From Antedon mediterranea (Eukaryota; Animalia; Echinodermata), in contig NC_092671.1 of the NCBI RefSeq assembly GCF_964355755.1, positions 5,332,001 to 5,396,000 on the forward strand: 64,000 nt of DNA. Direction: 5' to 3'. Position numbers and translations under genes: made by a program. Shown piece by piece: positions 49,860 through 62,300 of this stretch. The notes under the pieces were generated by a model. The model made no database searches. It saw only the letters and a list, made by a program, of their open reading frames with translations, and was not told the DNA's origin. The first letter of the stretch is position 1, and each line of letters opens with the position of its first letter.

Positions 49860-49970
49860 ACCACTTCCGGTAGTGACGCAATACGGTGGTTGATCTTTGG
49901 CAACGTAATTTTCTTAGTAAGAATTATTCATGAGAAAAACCATTTTGTTCTAGTCAGCCAATCAGATAAG
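49860..49970 (-). promoter_or_regulatory. Candidate WASHC3 housekeeping promoter elements
   Basis: ETS site ACTTCCGG at 49863-49870 next to TGACGCAA; agccaatcag at about 49956; roughly 370 nt upstream of the ATG. Confidence 0.4.
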
Positions 49971-50270
49971 AAACGTACAAACTTAATATAATGATTGACA
50001 AAGATTATATTTATACATTTAGCAATCTAGCACTGTGTTTTACTCATTGCTTTTACTACAGTATAACCAAGTCGGTATATTTAAACGCAATGATAAAGGA
50101 TAGAATAAATTAAAAATGACAATAGCAATTTAGCACTGTGTTTGACTATAACCAATTTGTGGTATATTAACTATAGTTCTACCAAATTGGTTATAGTAAA
50201 CAGTGCTACATTGCTATGTTATTGTTAATGTCATTATTTGTAATTTATCCTATCATTGTCTTTAAATATT

Positions 50271-50635
50271 AGGTCCATTTACACTAGGGCGATTACGATC
50301 GACGATAAAAAGGTAAATATGCATTTTTCATACCTAAAACTAAAGAATTTTAAAAAGTTTTTATCCTAGAAAGGATTATCATCTATGCTGCATTTGATAA
50401 AAATAATATTTCCACACGTCCAATCAAATGACTTCATGATTAGTAAGAGCAAAATATCGTTACCTTATGACGTCATTTGATTGGATTTTTACAAATATTA
50501 TTTTTATCAAATACAACATGATTATCCTATATTTCTAGAACAAAAACTGTTTTCATTTCTTTTGTTTTATCCAAGAAAAATGTATATGTTTATATATTTA
50601 TCTTCGATCGTTATCGCCCTAGTGTAAATGGACCT
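50271..50635. mobile_element. MITE family B (Harbinger-like, 365 bp)
   Basis: TIR AGGTCCATTTACACTAGGGCGAT.ACGATCGA / TCGATCGTTATCGCCCTAGTGTAAATGGACCT; body largely palindromic. Confidence 0.8.
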
Positions 50636-51090
50636 TTATACCAAAATGGTTATCACAGTGCTAATGTTATACTGTATTACATTAAAAATGTTATTCTTTT
50701 GTAGAAAATTTATTTTGCAACGCTACAACCACCATTAATTAAACAATTTAATCATGGAGTAGAGGTATAAACCTCCATCCATGGTTTAATCAATACAATG
50801 TTAGTATGATGTAGTATGTTTAAGCGGTATTAGTCCTTGATTGCACAGTGCAGCAATAAAGAAATTGAATTGAATTGAATCTATGGCTACAACCAATCAG
50901 AACCGTCCTAATCGCAATAACCCCTAAGCTAATAGAAATCATTGGTCTGAGTAGACTCGTAAAACAGACGTTGCGAGGTTAAAAAAGTTAAGAATGATTT
51001 ACTCACTAGTTTGGTATAGTTTATATACCTGGGTGTGGTGGTGGTGTGGTACGGTACATTCACCTTTCAACTACAGTACAAAGACCAAAT

Positions 51091-54000
51091 ATGGCAGGAA
51101 GAGGGGTATGAAATTATTGCATTTTATATATTTTTTGTTATTGAAATGGATTGTTGTGTATCTCTTTTAGTAATCCTTATATTCTTTTGTTCACAGGGCT
51201 TAACAGAGGACCAATTGGCAGGTAAAGTATTCTCATTTAAATAAAAATAGATAGGCCAGGATAGCAAACAAGTGTCTGCTCTGTGTGCAGGCGGCGGTCA
51301 CGGTAATTTGGGTTATTATTGTCTATAATCATTGTAGTAGAGGGGGAACAAGGCCTCACCTTTAGAAGGCTACGTGGGAGGATTTGATTGTAATTTGTTG
51401 TTTGTATATACTTTCTGTAAATCTATTCTTTTGTTCTGTGTTGCGACGAATCTCTAGTTTTTATTAATTATACAGCCTCCTAACTATATTAATTAATAAT
51501 ATTTAATAATTATGATAGCATTACATTTTAATAAGAAGAAAAAATTATAATTTACTACACTACTACCTAGGCTAGTACTACAGGATAATGTCAAGTAAAT
51601 AAACTAATAATAATTAGCCTATTATTATATTAAGGCAAATTTACACAGACAAGCGGTAACGGTAATAATAATATAGAATCTAAACTATGTTAATACAGTA
51701 TTCCTTATGACTATTTACACACGGAGCAGTTTCCGCTCAGGATAGATACAGATTCTACGCAGAACAAGTTTTGTGGGTTACGCTTACCGTTACCACTGTG
51801 TAAATTGGCCTTTATCGATATATTACCACGTAACTACTATTAAGTATTATACAACACAAATAACCCACTCATGGAGCTAATTTTATAGGTCCATGAACCA
51901 TAAAATATATTTAAAAATGCATTTGTTGTGTGCGATTTGCGCAATTTAAGATTGCGCTGTGGTGCTGAGCCATCTAAAATTGTTGTTATTTTGTTGTATT
52001 TGATAAAATCAAAGGAAAACCTACCTTGCGCAATGATAAATCGCAAAATTGTTCAAATCTTGCATTAATGTGCTTGGCTGTGTATTTGATGAGCTGTATT
52101 TGTATTTTACAAAGATTAAAGTATCTACCATAAATAAGAGAAAGATAATTGGATGGGTAAATGAAATTATAATTCTTAATTTTAACAACAATATTGATAA
52201 GTATATTTTTAATGATGATGTATGAAAAAACAAGACATTTTTAAACAATGCTTTACACCACTTTAGCGCTTATTATCACAATTAGTGAATTTCCAATATT
52301 TTTCTATTTTTTCAAAAATTGTAATTCCAATTTGTCTGTGGTTACTGTGGTTACTAGCCATTTTACTCACTGTGCTGCTAATCAATGACATCATGGGATA
52401 TATCCTTATAAGGATTTAGCATATTCTTTGAACTTAATCCTGATTGGCTAGAAAGCTTAAGGAGGAGAGGTCATCTGGAAATGAATGCAAGGTCGTATAT
52501 TATTGTTAGCTTACAGTGTGACAGTAGAGTGTATTAGTACAGTAGGTGTTGGTTTTTGTATTAGGATAATATTACGTCTTGGATTTGTTTGTTATATTGT
52601 ACGACTGGGAAATTATGGACGAAAATCTTGAAGGTACAGTATGGTAATGTCTTAAGTAGATGTCATTAGCAAAATATCCAAATTGGTTTAGGTAGACTAA
52701 AGCCATATTCATTACAAATAAGTTTGATAACTTTTTCAATTTGCCAAGTTTTATTGTAGATATTTTAATTCTTGTAGTTTAGCCTTTTGAATAAATTTCT
52801 AGCTTATTATTCTTCTTATATACAACATTTTTGTTTGAGTCATTTTTCTGATCGCTGTTGTTTAACCCACTGTAAAGAATAGAAATAAGTATCTTGTTGA
52901 AAATGGGTGGGGCATGTAGTACCTCTTGGTTGGTCACTAAACATGCATGTTACATGAGAGTTGTAACAAGACCTTCCAAGTCCACAGGAAGCCAAGAGCC
53001 ATGCAGTCTCTAGGCTTGTTAAATCAGAATCAGAAAACAAGTGTTTTCTTCAATTAAAATTCAATTCTGGTGCTTGTTTTATCTGTAGACTTCAACTGTA
53101 ATTATTTAGTATTGTTTTTAAATTTAATAAAACTACTGTACAGATACTGTTTTTTTTCTGCTTCCTGTTCTTTTGTTAATAAAAGATCATAAAACTACAC
53201 AATGATGAGAGCTTTCAATTTAAAACTTACTATTATTCTTTTTTATACCTCCATGCTATTATGTATTCATACTAATTTATAAATAAGATATTAAAATCAT
53301 TGTACTGTAATCTGGAAAAACAAGGAATAGAAACATTCACACTTTTATGGTATTTTTAGGCCCAAATGAAAATAGTTTCTTAGATTGCAAGTCATATTGA
53401 AATAAAATTAACCGTTGACGGAAAAATACACATTTGGTGTGTATTGATTGGCAGCTGATCATTAGCACTGTATCTGAATTTGTCCATTATCATGATACAT
53501 ATCCATGATACAACATCCAATGTGTGTTATATGTGATGCCAGTATCATTTGCTGGACAAATGTGTATGGATATGGAGCATTGAGAATCAGTTGAAAATAC
53601 AATTTTATTTTACTAGAAAAAGAATGTGTGAACCTCATATTCATAACATACATTCATATATAGCAAGGCTTCACTGTAAACCAGTTCAATATTTTACAAA
53701 CCTGCCCAAATTGTATATTATTATTAGTTATTATTGAATGTTAGTATTATTAGTAAAATATGGATTCACTGCACTATTATATTAAATTTGTCATCTGTAA
53801 TCATTAATTAACCATGTAAATTATAGCAACACAATGAATTGACTGTTTAAGAGCATCATGCGAGACAAATTAAACTCATAACTGAAGAATGTCTCTGTAT
53901 TTTGGTTATTGATTTAAGAAATGCAGATCCATGCCATAGGTAGTGTTAAAGAATGTCTGGAATGGGTAAAAACATAACACATTTAATACTAGATACAGTA

Positions 54001-57000
54001 TATTGTCATTGATTGATAATTGAATATTCAGTCAAAAAACTAAAGCTCATAGAAAACAATGCCAATTGAAATTATGCTACAGTAAATATAAAAAATTAAT
54101 TTATTTCATAATTTTTGTTACTGGGAAATTGTGTTTCCAAATTTGAAAAATAATAACATATGAAAACATTCCTGAAATTTGTATATAACCATTTCTGAAT
54201 GGTAATGATAACTGTAAATTCATATTTTAATTGTGTTTCATTTATGATTTAAGATTTGCTGGTACTAATTGATATTTAAAGTGTTTTCCATTTACAGTAT
54301 AAACAAAATTCTCGAATATATAATATTTCTGGTTAAATGCTATTCCTACAGTATTTCTTTGTGTCTACTGTCCCTTTAACTGATGATTCAAGTTTATTTT
54401 CATGAATATTCATCTTTGGTGCATTAGTTTACAAATTGTTCTGTTCATGTTTTTGTTCCGTAGTTTTTGCGGCTTCTGATTCAATCATTACTTTAGAAAT
54501 ATATTGACATTCAAGGTTGAAAGGCATTGTTTAGGGCTACAATACTGTCTACAATGAATATACAATATACTGTAGTTTTATAGTTAGTTCATCATTGTTG
54601 TCAATCATTACCTTGGTCTATTCTACAATGGTATTTAAAGCCATAGCTCTTTGAAGGATTGGTTTAATCATCAATAGTACTATACATTTTAAGATATCCT
54701 TATCGTGATTTTATGTTCCCTGAATTTTACATACTTTAGTCATAAATTGATTACATTTCTACTGTTAGACCTACTGAAAATATTACTGCAGCCCTATATA
54801 GCTACAGGATATACAGTACAATACTATATGTAGCTATAGGATGTCAATTTAAGGTCAAACTAGACAGCTTTTGGCCGTATACTATGCATACAATTTAGGC
54901 CGTACTGTAAATGTCATTATGAAGCTGAAGCCCCAGTGGGGTCAATTAAGTTTTCTACTGTAAATAATAGTAACTGTAAATACTAGTAGTATTATTAAAA
55001 AGTTCCACATTCTTATTTATTAAGCTTCCTGGTTTAACGCCTGTAACTTATGTTTGTTGTGAGGTAAATTCCCGATTGATCGTAATCAAAACGGTACTGG
55101 GTATGGTCTACTAGATTTTCTGCTCCCAACCAGTACATCCATTCATAGAAGCCTTGATGAAGCAAGCCTACCTGGTGGTAACCATAGGACGGTTCCGAGA
55201 TAACGACTATACTTCAGCTTTAGTCGATAGAAGATTGAAATATTGTTAGAGATAGAGTATACGATGCTTGATTATGTGTAGATGTATGATTTGTTCTATT
55301 ATCCAAATGATGTTCCGCATATAGGAGATGAAGATAGGCGTGGTTGGGTGTAATGATTTTGTATATTAAATAATTATCCTACACTTTTTTTTTCTAGACC
55401 CATTAATATACAGTATGCCCATATATAGTTATTTTTTTTAGGCAATGTTGTGTATCGATAGTGTGGTTATTTGAATTAGTTACTCTTTCTGGCATATTAG
55501 TGAAATATTTAATGGATTGTGATAAAAATAAAAAGATGAAAAAAAATGTTTGCTAATAAAGTTACTATACTTTATTTTGCTAAACTCAGCAACTTATTAA
55601 TTTTTTTTGATCTACTAGAATTCAGGGATACCTTTTCCCTTTTTGACAAGAAAGGTGACAACAAGATTGAGCGTGGTCAAGTTGGGGAGGTCATCCGTGC
55701 TCTGGGATTAAACCCAACCCAATCGGAAATAAAGAAAAGTATTCAAGAGATCCAAACAGGTTTGTATGAAATACACCTTTAAGCTCTGTCTAAACTATCA
55801 AATTCTATATGACAAAAAATGTGATGTGCCCATATTGTATATAGACATGATGATGTCATATCACTACCATATTTGGGCATATTACTACTATATATATTTG
55901 GGCACATCACACTGTTTTTGTCAAACTAGTTTGATAGTGTCCAGACAGAGCTTTGCATCGGTGACACACATTCATACTGTAAACGCTCATCAAAACCATA
56001 GCAAATACAAACAACACAGGTACAAAATAATAAATAAATATTTTGAAATGAACCAACAGATGGTATTAAAACAACTGACCAAACATATTCAACGGTTTTA
56101 AGGCATGATAAACTCTAGCTAGGCCAGTAGATGACCTTTCATTATAAAAAACACTATAAACATATATTGTATAATGTCTTCCTGTAAGTGCAATCCCGTC
56201 TTGGACACTATTAAGATATATTGTACAACTGACTTGTTAACCGTATTGGTACGATATATTATATATTTTATATAATTTATTAATCTATGAATGTATGACA
56301 TAATTTATATTTCATGTACTACAGTATGACGTTCTTTCTTATTTTTTCAAATTTTAGAGCGAGTATCCTTTGAGGAGTTAATGCCCATCTATCATAGTAT
56401 GCGCAAAAAGATCGACACTGGATCACATGAAGAATTCAGCGAGGGATTACGTGTCTTCGATCGTGATGGCAATGGTTTCATCTCCGCAGCTGAACTCAGA
56501 CATGTCTTGACAAGTCTTGGTAAGATTTTAAAACTTTTTGATAGATATTCAGGCCTTTTCCAGTGCGCTAAAGAACTCTTAAACTACGAAAGCAATAGAG
56601 CCAAAACAAATATCTATGAAATCAGTAGGGTTTGTGTGCATATAAAGTTGCTGGTCACACCAGGAAGGAATTACTGTATAATTCCTCAATGATTAAACTC
56701 AATAACCAAGTGTAAATTTTATATGTTTATCTATTAAGTTCCTATACTGTAGTACTTGTCCTTGGTTTTATGGACTTTCTTACAGCTGTATTATTACATC
56801 AGTAATCCTCAAATTCGTCCTTCCATCCGATAACTTTAATAATAGTGTTCACTGTTTTGAATGAATAGTTAGTTGCTCTGGTAAGTTTTGCTGTTGCTAA
56901 CGGTATCTTCTTTATCTCAGGTGAGAAGCTTAGTGATGATGAGGTCAACGATCTCCTTGTATCTGTTGAAGATTCCCAAGGTCAGGTCAATTATGAAGGT

Positions 57001-57518
57001 ACGTTTCTGATGACTACAGTAAAACCTTTATTAAGGGGTCACCTTAAGAACACAACAAAGTGTCCACTTAATTAAAAAAATAATAACTTAAGGGTTGCCA
57101 TAGTGTTACAAACATATATTTCCACTTTTTTGTTTCATGGGAAAATTAAGAAGAGGTACATTCTAATGAAATATAAAGATCACTCTAAACATTTGTTACG
57201 GGCTCGCTCGTTAGGCTAAAACCAATAATCATAATATAACAAAACATATTATAGAGGTCGTCCATCTTTATTCATCTCCCCTCTTTACCTCTAGAGGGCT
57301 CACTTCCGTGTGACAAACCCATCACACATTCCTATTTAAATAAAGAAAGCATCAGTTGTAGTAAAAATATCCATTTATTTTTTTTCTGTTGTAGAGTTTG
57401 TGAAGAACATTGCTCTCAATAATGAAAGAATCAGTAGTTAAATATCCATTTAGTTTTATTCTTCATTTTGTTTTTTTTTTCTTTTGTAGAGTTTGTGAAG
57501 ATGGTGATGGCCAGTTAG
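51091..57518 (+). CDS. Myosin essential (alkali) light chain, MYL6/Mlc-c-like EF-hand protein
   Basis: Exons 51091-51105 (MAGRG), 51197-51221 (GLTEDQLA), 55619-55759 ([29 protein letters not shown]), 56358-56519 ([29 protein letters not shown]), 56921-56998 ([18 protein letters not shown]), 57490-57518 (EFVKMVMAS*). Confidence 0.93.
51633..51811. mobile_element. MITE family C (Harbinger-like)
   Basis: TIR AGGCAAATTTACACAG / CTGTGTAAATTGGCCT with TTA TSD on both sides. Confidence 0.7.
51930..52070. mobile_element. Decayed relic related to the TTGCGCAA fold-back element
   Basis: tgcgatttgcgcaatttaagattgcgc ... ccttgcgcaatgataaatcgcaaaattgttcaaatcttgcat resembles both ends of 23157-24036. Confidence 0.45.
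52404..52450 (+). promoter_or_regulatory. CArG box (SRF site) plus inverted CCAAT box; candidate internal light-chain promoter
   Basis: CCTTATAAGG at 52404-52413 and tgattggct at 52441-52449, upstream of the candidate exon at 52615. Confidence 0.55.
52615..52633 (+). CDS. Candidate alternative first coding exon (MDENLE-) of the myosin light chain
   Basis: ATG GAC GAA AAT CTT GAA G|gtacag ends in phase 1, matching exon 55619, and gives MDENLEEFRDTF. A CArG box and an inverted CCAAT box lie about 200 nt upstream. Confidence 0.6.
55782..55952. mobile_element. MITE family A, copy 7
   Basis: Both TIRs present; starts 22 nt after a light-chain splice donor. Confidence 0.8.
57395..57441 (+). CDS. 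Candidate alternative terminal exon ([15 protein letters not shown]) of the myosin light chain
   Basis: Pyrimidine tract plus ttgtag|AGTTTGTGAAGA duplicates the start of exon 57490; in frame, TAA at 57439-57441. Confidence 0.5.
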
Positions 57519-57794
57519 TATTCCAGTCTACATATTTGTAACCCGTTAATACCAGCTTCTAACACTGCTACATCTCTAGAAAATTATAGATTTAGGTTGC
57601 CTGTATAACATCTTGTAAAGTCTGAAAAAATAATAGTTCTAGATACATGGTATACAACATAACAAATTTAAATTTCATAATAATTTAATAATAATAAATC
57701 ACAATAACTAAATGAAGAGACTGCTCAAGATAATATCTATTTTCAACAAGAATATTTTCAGACATAGTATAGGAGTTTGTTTATACAAAACTAC

Positions 57795-57891
57795 CAAACT
57801 AGTATGCTCAAATATGTTAGTGATATGACATCATCATGTCCATATATGGGCACATTACATTTTTTGTCACATAAAGTTAGTAGATAGAGCT
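57795..57891. mobile_element. MITE family A, copy 8 (inverted, partial)
   Basis: Reverse-complement core gtgatatgacatcatcatgtccatatatgggcaca..tttgtcacataaagtt..agagct. Confidence 0.7.
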
Positions 57892-59337
57892 TAAGTCATA
57901 CATATTGGACTGATTTCGTGCAAGATCATCAAATTGTAAAAGCAAAAGATCTACACTTACTGCTCAGATATCGGAGATCTTCTCAAAATAGACCAATCGA
58001 ATAAGCCGTATGTTGGCCACAGTCTTTGTTTACCGATCCACTTGCCTTGTTCAGGCCTGTTGCACTAATTCTATACTTTATGTCTGGACATACATCGTAA
58101 TATAATTAATAAACATTTAAAATATGGTTTTTGTAACACTTTACTTTCTTTAAATTAATAGTTGTAGATAATAAAATAATTAATATGCATACAGAATAAT
58201 AATTTTTAGATTTGACAATTATGATTCCTTTAAGATTTATTTTTTATAGTGTGTACTTATTCTAGTTTTAATATAAAACTTTTTTAAAATAATCTTTGCA
58301 AAATTGTAACATGGATATCTGTAAATAATTGGCACATGGGTTAAAGAAAGTTTTGTATGAAGAGTTTGATTTTCTGGCAACATTTTGCTAAGTTATGTGT
58401 TTGTATGAGGTTCTTGAATTTATACAAGAGGTTTGGTACACCCAGTTGAACTGTTGTTGGTATTGATGAATGTGACACTGTTTAATTTACATGGGAACTA
58501 TAGAATTACTTGATTAATAAGGGATTATTTGTCTGTTTTGTCTCAGAATACAAGTTAATAGGTTTCAAGTTATCAGAAATGGGATGAAGGTACAAATCCA
58601 CAGTTATTCTGACTAACTTTTACACTTATAATAGTGATTATAATGCTGTACTAATATTTGTAACTCCACTAGTCTTCCCATTTTATAACTGCAAGTCAGC
58701 AGATTGAAAGAAATCACAATGGCTGTGCCCAAAACTTGAGAGTATTATTTCATTACATACTTATTTTTAAAAGAAGCAAGTATCAAATTTGGATAACAAA
58801 GAATAATAGTCATAATGATGCACTGTGATTTGTAAACAATGTTAGTTTGTTCTTTCTAAACAGAATTATAATATCTGTTTTCACATCATTCCTGTCGAAT
58901 ATTTATATTAAAATAGTTTTCATTTGCTTAAATATTATACTTGTTTTGTATTATTGTTGTATGTGTAGTCTGTATCAATTTATCATCATTCAGTTCATAT
59001 ATCAATCTAACAAATCCCGTTACGTAATAATTAAATCATTTCAACCATCAATTACTGTAATAATAATTAGTTCTTATTGCAAATATTCAAACCGTGATAT
59101 TTCAGCCATGATGATGATAGGTGTCGCTCTAACACCAATGGATTACACTAACGCTCGAGCAAGAAAATCCTGTTCGCTCGCTCTCGTACACCCGTGTCGT
59201 GTCATGTCCGTCGTGTGGCAAATTGGAAGTTTACACGTCAACAAATGATTATTACCGGTTAATCTGTTATGTTTAATTGATTATACAGCGTTCTATAACA
59301 TTTTAACACGTGGGATACCATACGGTACCTACTTTGT

Positions 59338-62300
59338 ATGAATTCGCTTCAAATAACCGTCACTCAAGACGGCGACAGGAACAGAGAGCAGGAGCTAAGC
59401 CGGAAGGGACACGGTTACACCGGTGCCTACACAAGCCTTGATATCGGTGAGGTCGAGAAGTCACCAGCAGTGCGAAAGAACAGGCCTACGATACCTGTAG
59501 AAGACGACAATATGCAGGGGTCTACAACTAAACTAATTGTTTGCTTTTTTGGCATATTTATATGTTATTTTTACTATGGAATTGTACAGGAAAAGATGTA
59601 AGTCAATTTGAAAGTGTTATCTAAACAAAAAAAACATTAAAAATCGTACAATACAAGGCAAGAAGGAACTTGCTTGAAAGTTGATAACTTCTTTAATTTC
59701 TTTTCTTTTTAAATTTTAGTGTAGGCCTATAGACTGTTTACTTTTAGGCTAGGCTAGCAACCTAACTAGTATTGCACTTATGACGGATGTAAACGTTCGT
59801 GTTTTAAATCCGTCATTTATCTGTTTCATTTTGTTTGTATATGGTGCTATACGCTGACACTGACTGCTGACAGATGGTTTTTAAGCCGTTTTTTACTCGG
59901 CCTAAGCCTTAGGATAGTAGGCCTCATAAGGTCTATATCATTGCAAATTCTCATTGTTAATTAATGTTATTAACTTATTGGTTTCAGAACAAGAAGTACA
60001 TATGGAGATGGTGAAAGATTCACAGCCTTTTTTTGCTTAGTATTTGTTCAGTGTATTATAAATTCTATTTTCGCCAAAGGTGGTAAGCATCATCGTCTTT
60101 ATTTACATTACATTTCTCCTTCAGTGTCCCTAAAGCTTTAATTTGAATTTTATGTTTTTGTGAATGTACACCCTCCTATTTAAAATTATTATGGAACTGT
60201 TAAAACTCAAGAATGAGCTTCCAAATATCATACTTGCTTTGATGCAATTATCTTCATTGCATTTTTGGTAACATTTCAGGTAAAAGAGACCTAAAGAATG
60301 ATTTGCTAGACGATAGTTAATGCACGATTTAAAAAAGCTTATGGTTTAGTCCTAATCTCAGAAAATAGCTGAGACCAAAACCAAAATAGCTGTGTAAATG
60401 TTTGTCTGTGCCTTGGTCTTATATATATTAGAGTTCTGCTTTGCTGACGCCACGACGGTAGGTGGCGCCGTTTTGTAGCTAGAGAATGTTCAACCTGCCT
60501 AAATGACTCCAAGGTCACCAATGGTTTGAATAGTCATTTTAAAACTTAATAATTTTCAATAAAAACAAACTAACATTTCGAAAGATCATTAAATATTTGT
60601 TTTTAATAATCAATTTATTCTTTAATCAAGCTAAGATACATAATTTGATAGAAATACAGATCTATATAGTATATATATCAACATAGTAGCATTGAATGTA
60701 TTTTTGGTTGCGCTAGCAACCATGCAGCACCATCTATCTATCGTGTCATCACACCGCAGAACTCTATACCAGAGGGAGGTTTATACAGAAGTATAATAGA
60801 TAGTATTTGTATTTTTGAATATAGCCATTGGTATTACAAAACCAGAACCAGATAAAACATATTGGAGACTATATGCTGTTTGTGCAGTGACTTACCTAGG
60901 AGCAATGGTGGCAAGTAACTCGGCATTGAAATATGTCAGTTATCCACTGCAAGTTCTTGGAAAATCATGCAAACCAATACCGGGTAAGAGCATGGACATT
61001 GTGCTTTAACTTTTATAAGTAGTGGAGCTGTAACTTGGTGGTTATTATGCTTACCTCCAATCCTAAGGTTCAGGGATAAATCCTGACCTAGTGCCAGGGT
61101 TGTAACTCATTCTTTCAACTCCACTCCCTAAGCCTCAAATGAGACTTAGTTTGAAAGCAGATCAATTATTAAATAGTTTATCCATCCTGTAATTGGTGAG
61201 TTACTCGCTGTTGGATGCATATAAAATAATAAAAAATAAATAATAATAAACTAAAAAACTATCCACACTGTGCTGTTGAATATCAGTTAACCCACTCGAA
61301 TTGGAAAGGTTATCATTTTTTAAATGGTTGAAATTTTCATTTCATTTCATTATTTATTCGGTCTATTACCTATATTATATTCATAACTGAAAAAACTGAA
61401 ATTGGGGAGACCAGGGTCAACCTAAGTGAACTTATTTACTAGAGCTGAGCCGGTTGACCCAACCCCAAAGTCAGTTTACACATAAAAGACATAAAGACAT
61501 AAAAAATAGAGAAAAACAAATAAATATAACATGTATGTCTATATCTATAAATTAAAAACAACATAAATATTTTGTTTTCAATATGAATATGACAATTGTT
61601 ATAAATTTATAATCAAAATATGTATTTTTCTATTTTTCAGTAATGATTTTAGGAGTTTTAGTTGCACACAAGCGGTACCCACTTCGCAAATACTTCTTTG
61701 TGTTGTTTATAGTTGTTGGTGTTGCGTTGTTTATGTTCAAAGGGGATTCATCTAGTAAAAGCACAGATAGCCATGCATTTGGCTTCGGAGAGCTTCTATT
61801 AGTATGTACAGTAGTATTTTACATTCAAAATTATTTCAAAACTTGGGTTGGTCCAAAAAGTTTTTAAAAAAATCACTTTTACTTTAGGACATCCCTATTC
61901 AGGTAAAACATACAAGGGGTAAAATATTTTGTTGTTTACAGCCAATCCTTATTCAGGGATATTCCTATTCAGGGAACACTTTCCTATTCAGGGAACACTT
62001 TCCTGTGAAACAAACGAGTGGGCTCTCTATTTATTGGACACCCCTGTAGTTACAATTGTCTTTTGTACCACATCACATCTGCTTAGACTCTGTTTTTCTC
62101 TACCAAGCATCATTAGGCAAGATGCTTTACTCTCATCCTTCGGATGGGACGTAATGCCGTTTGTCCTATGTACATATAGTGCATGTTAACACTTTTTGAA
62201 AAGAGTACATGATCATATCCTGATCTCATAGGCTCTGCACTGCTTTTTTTTTTGGGTTCGTGGAGGGCCTAATCCGAATTTCCTAAGTTTCTAGTTAAGC

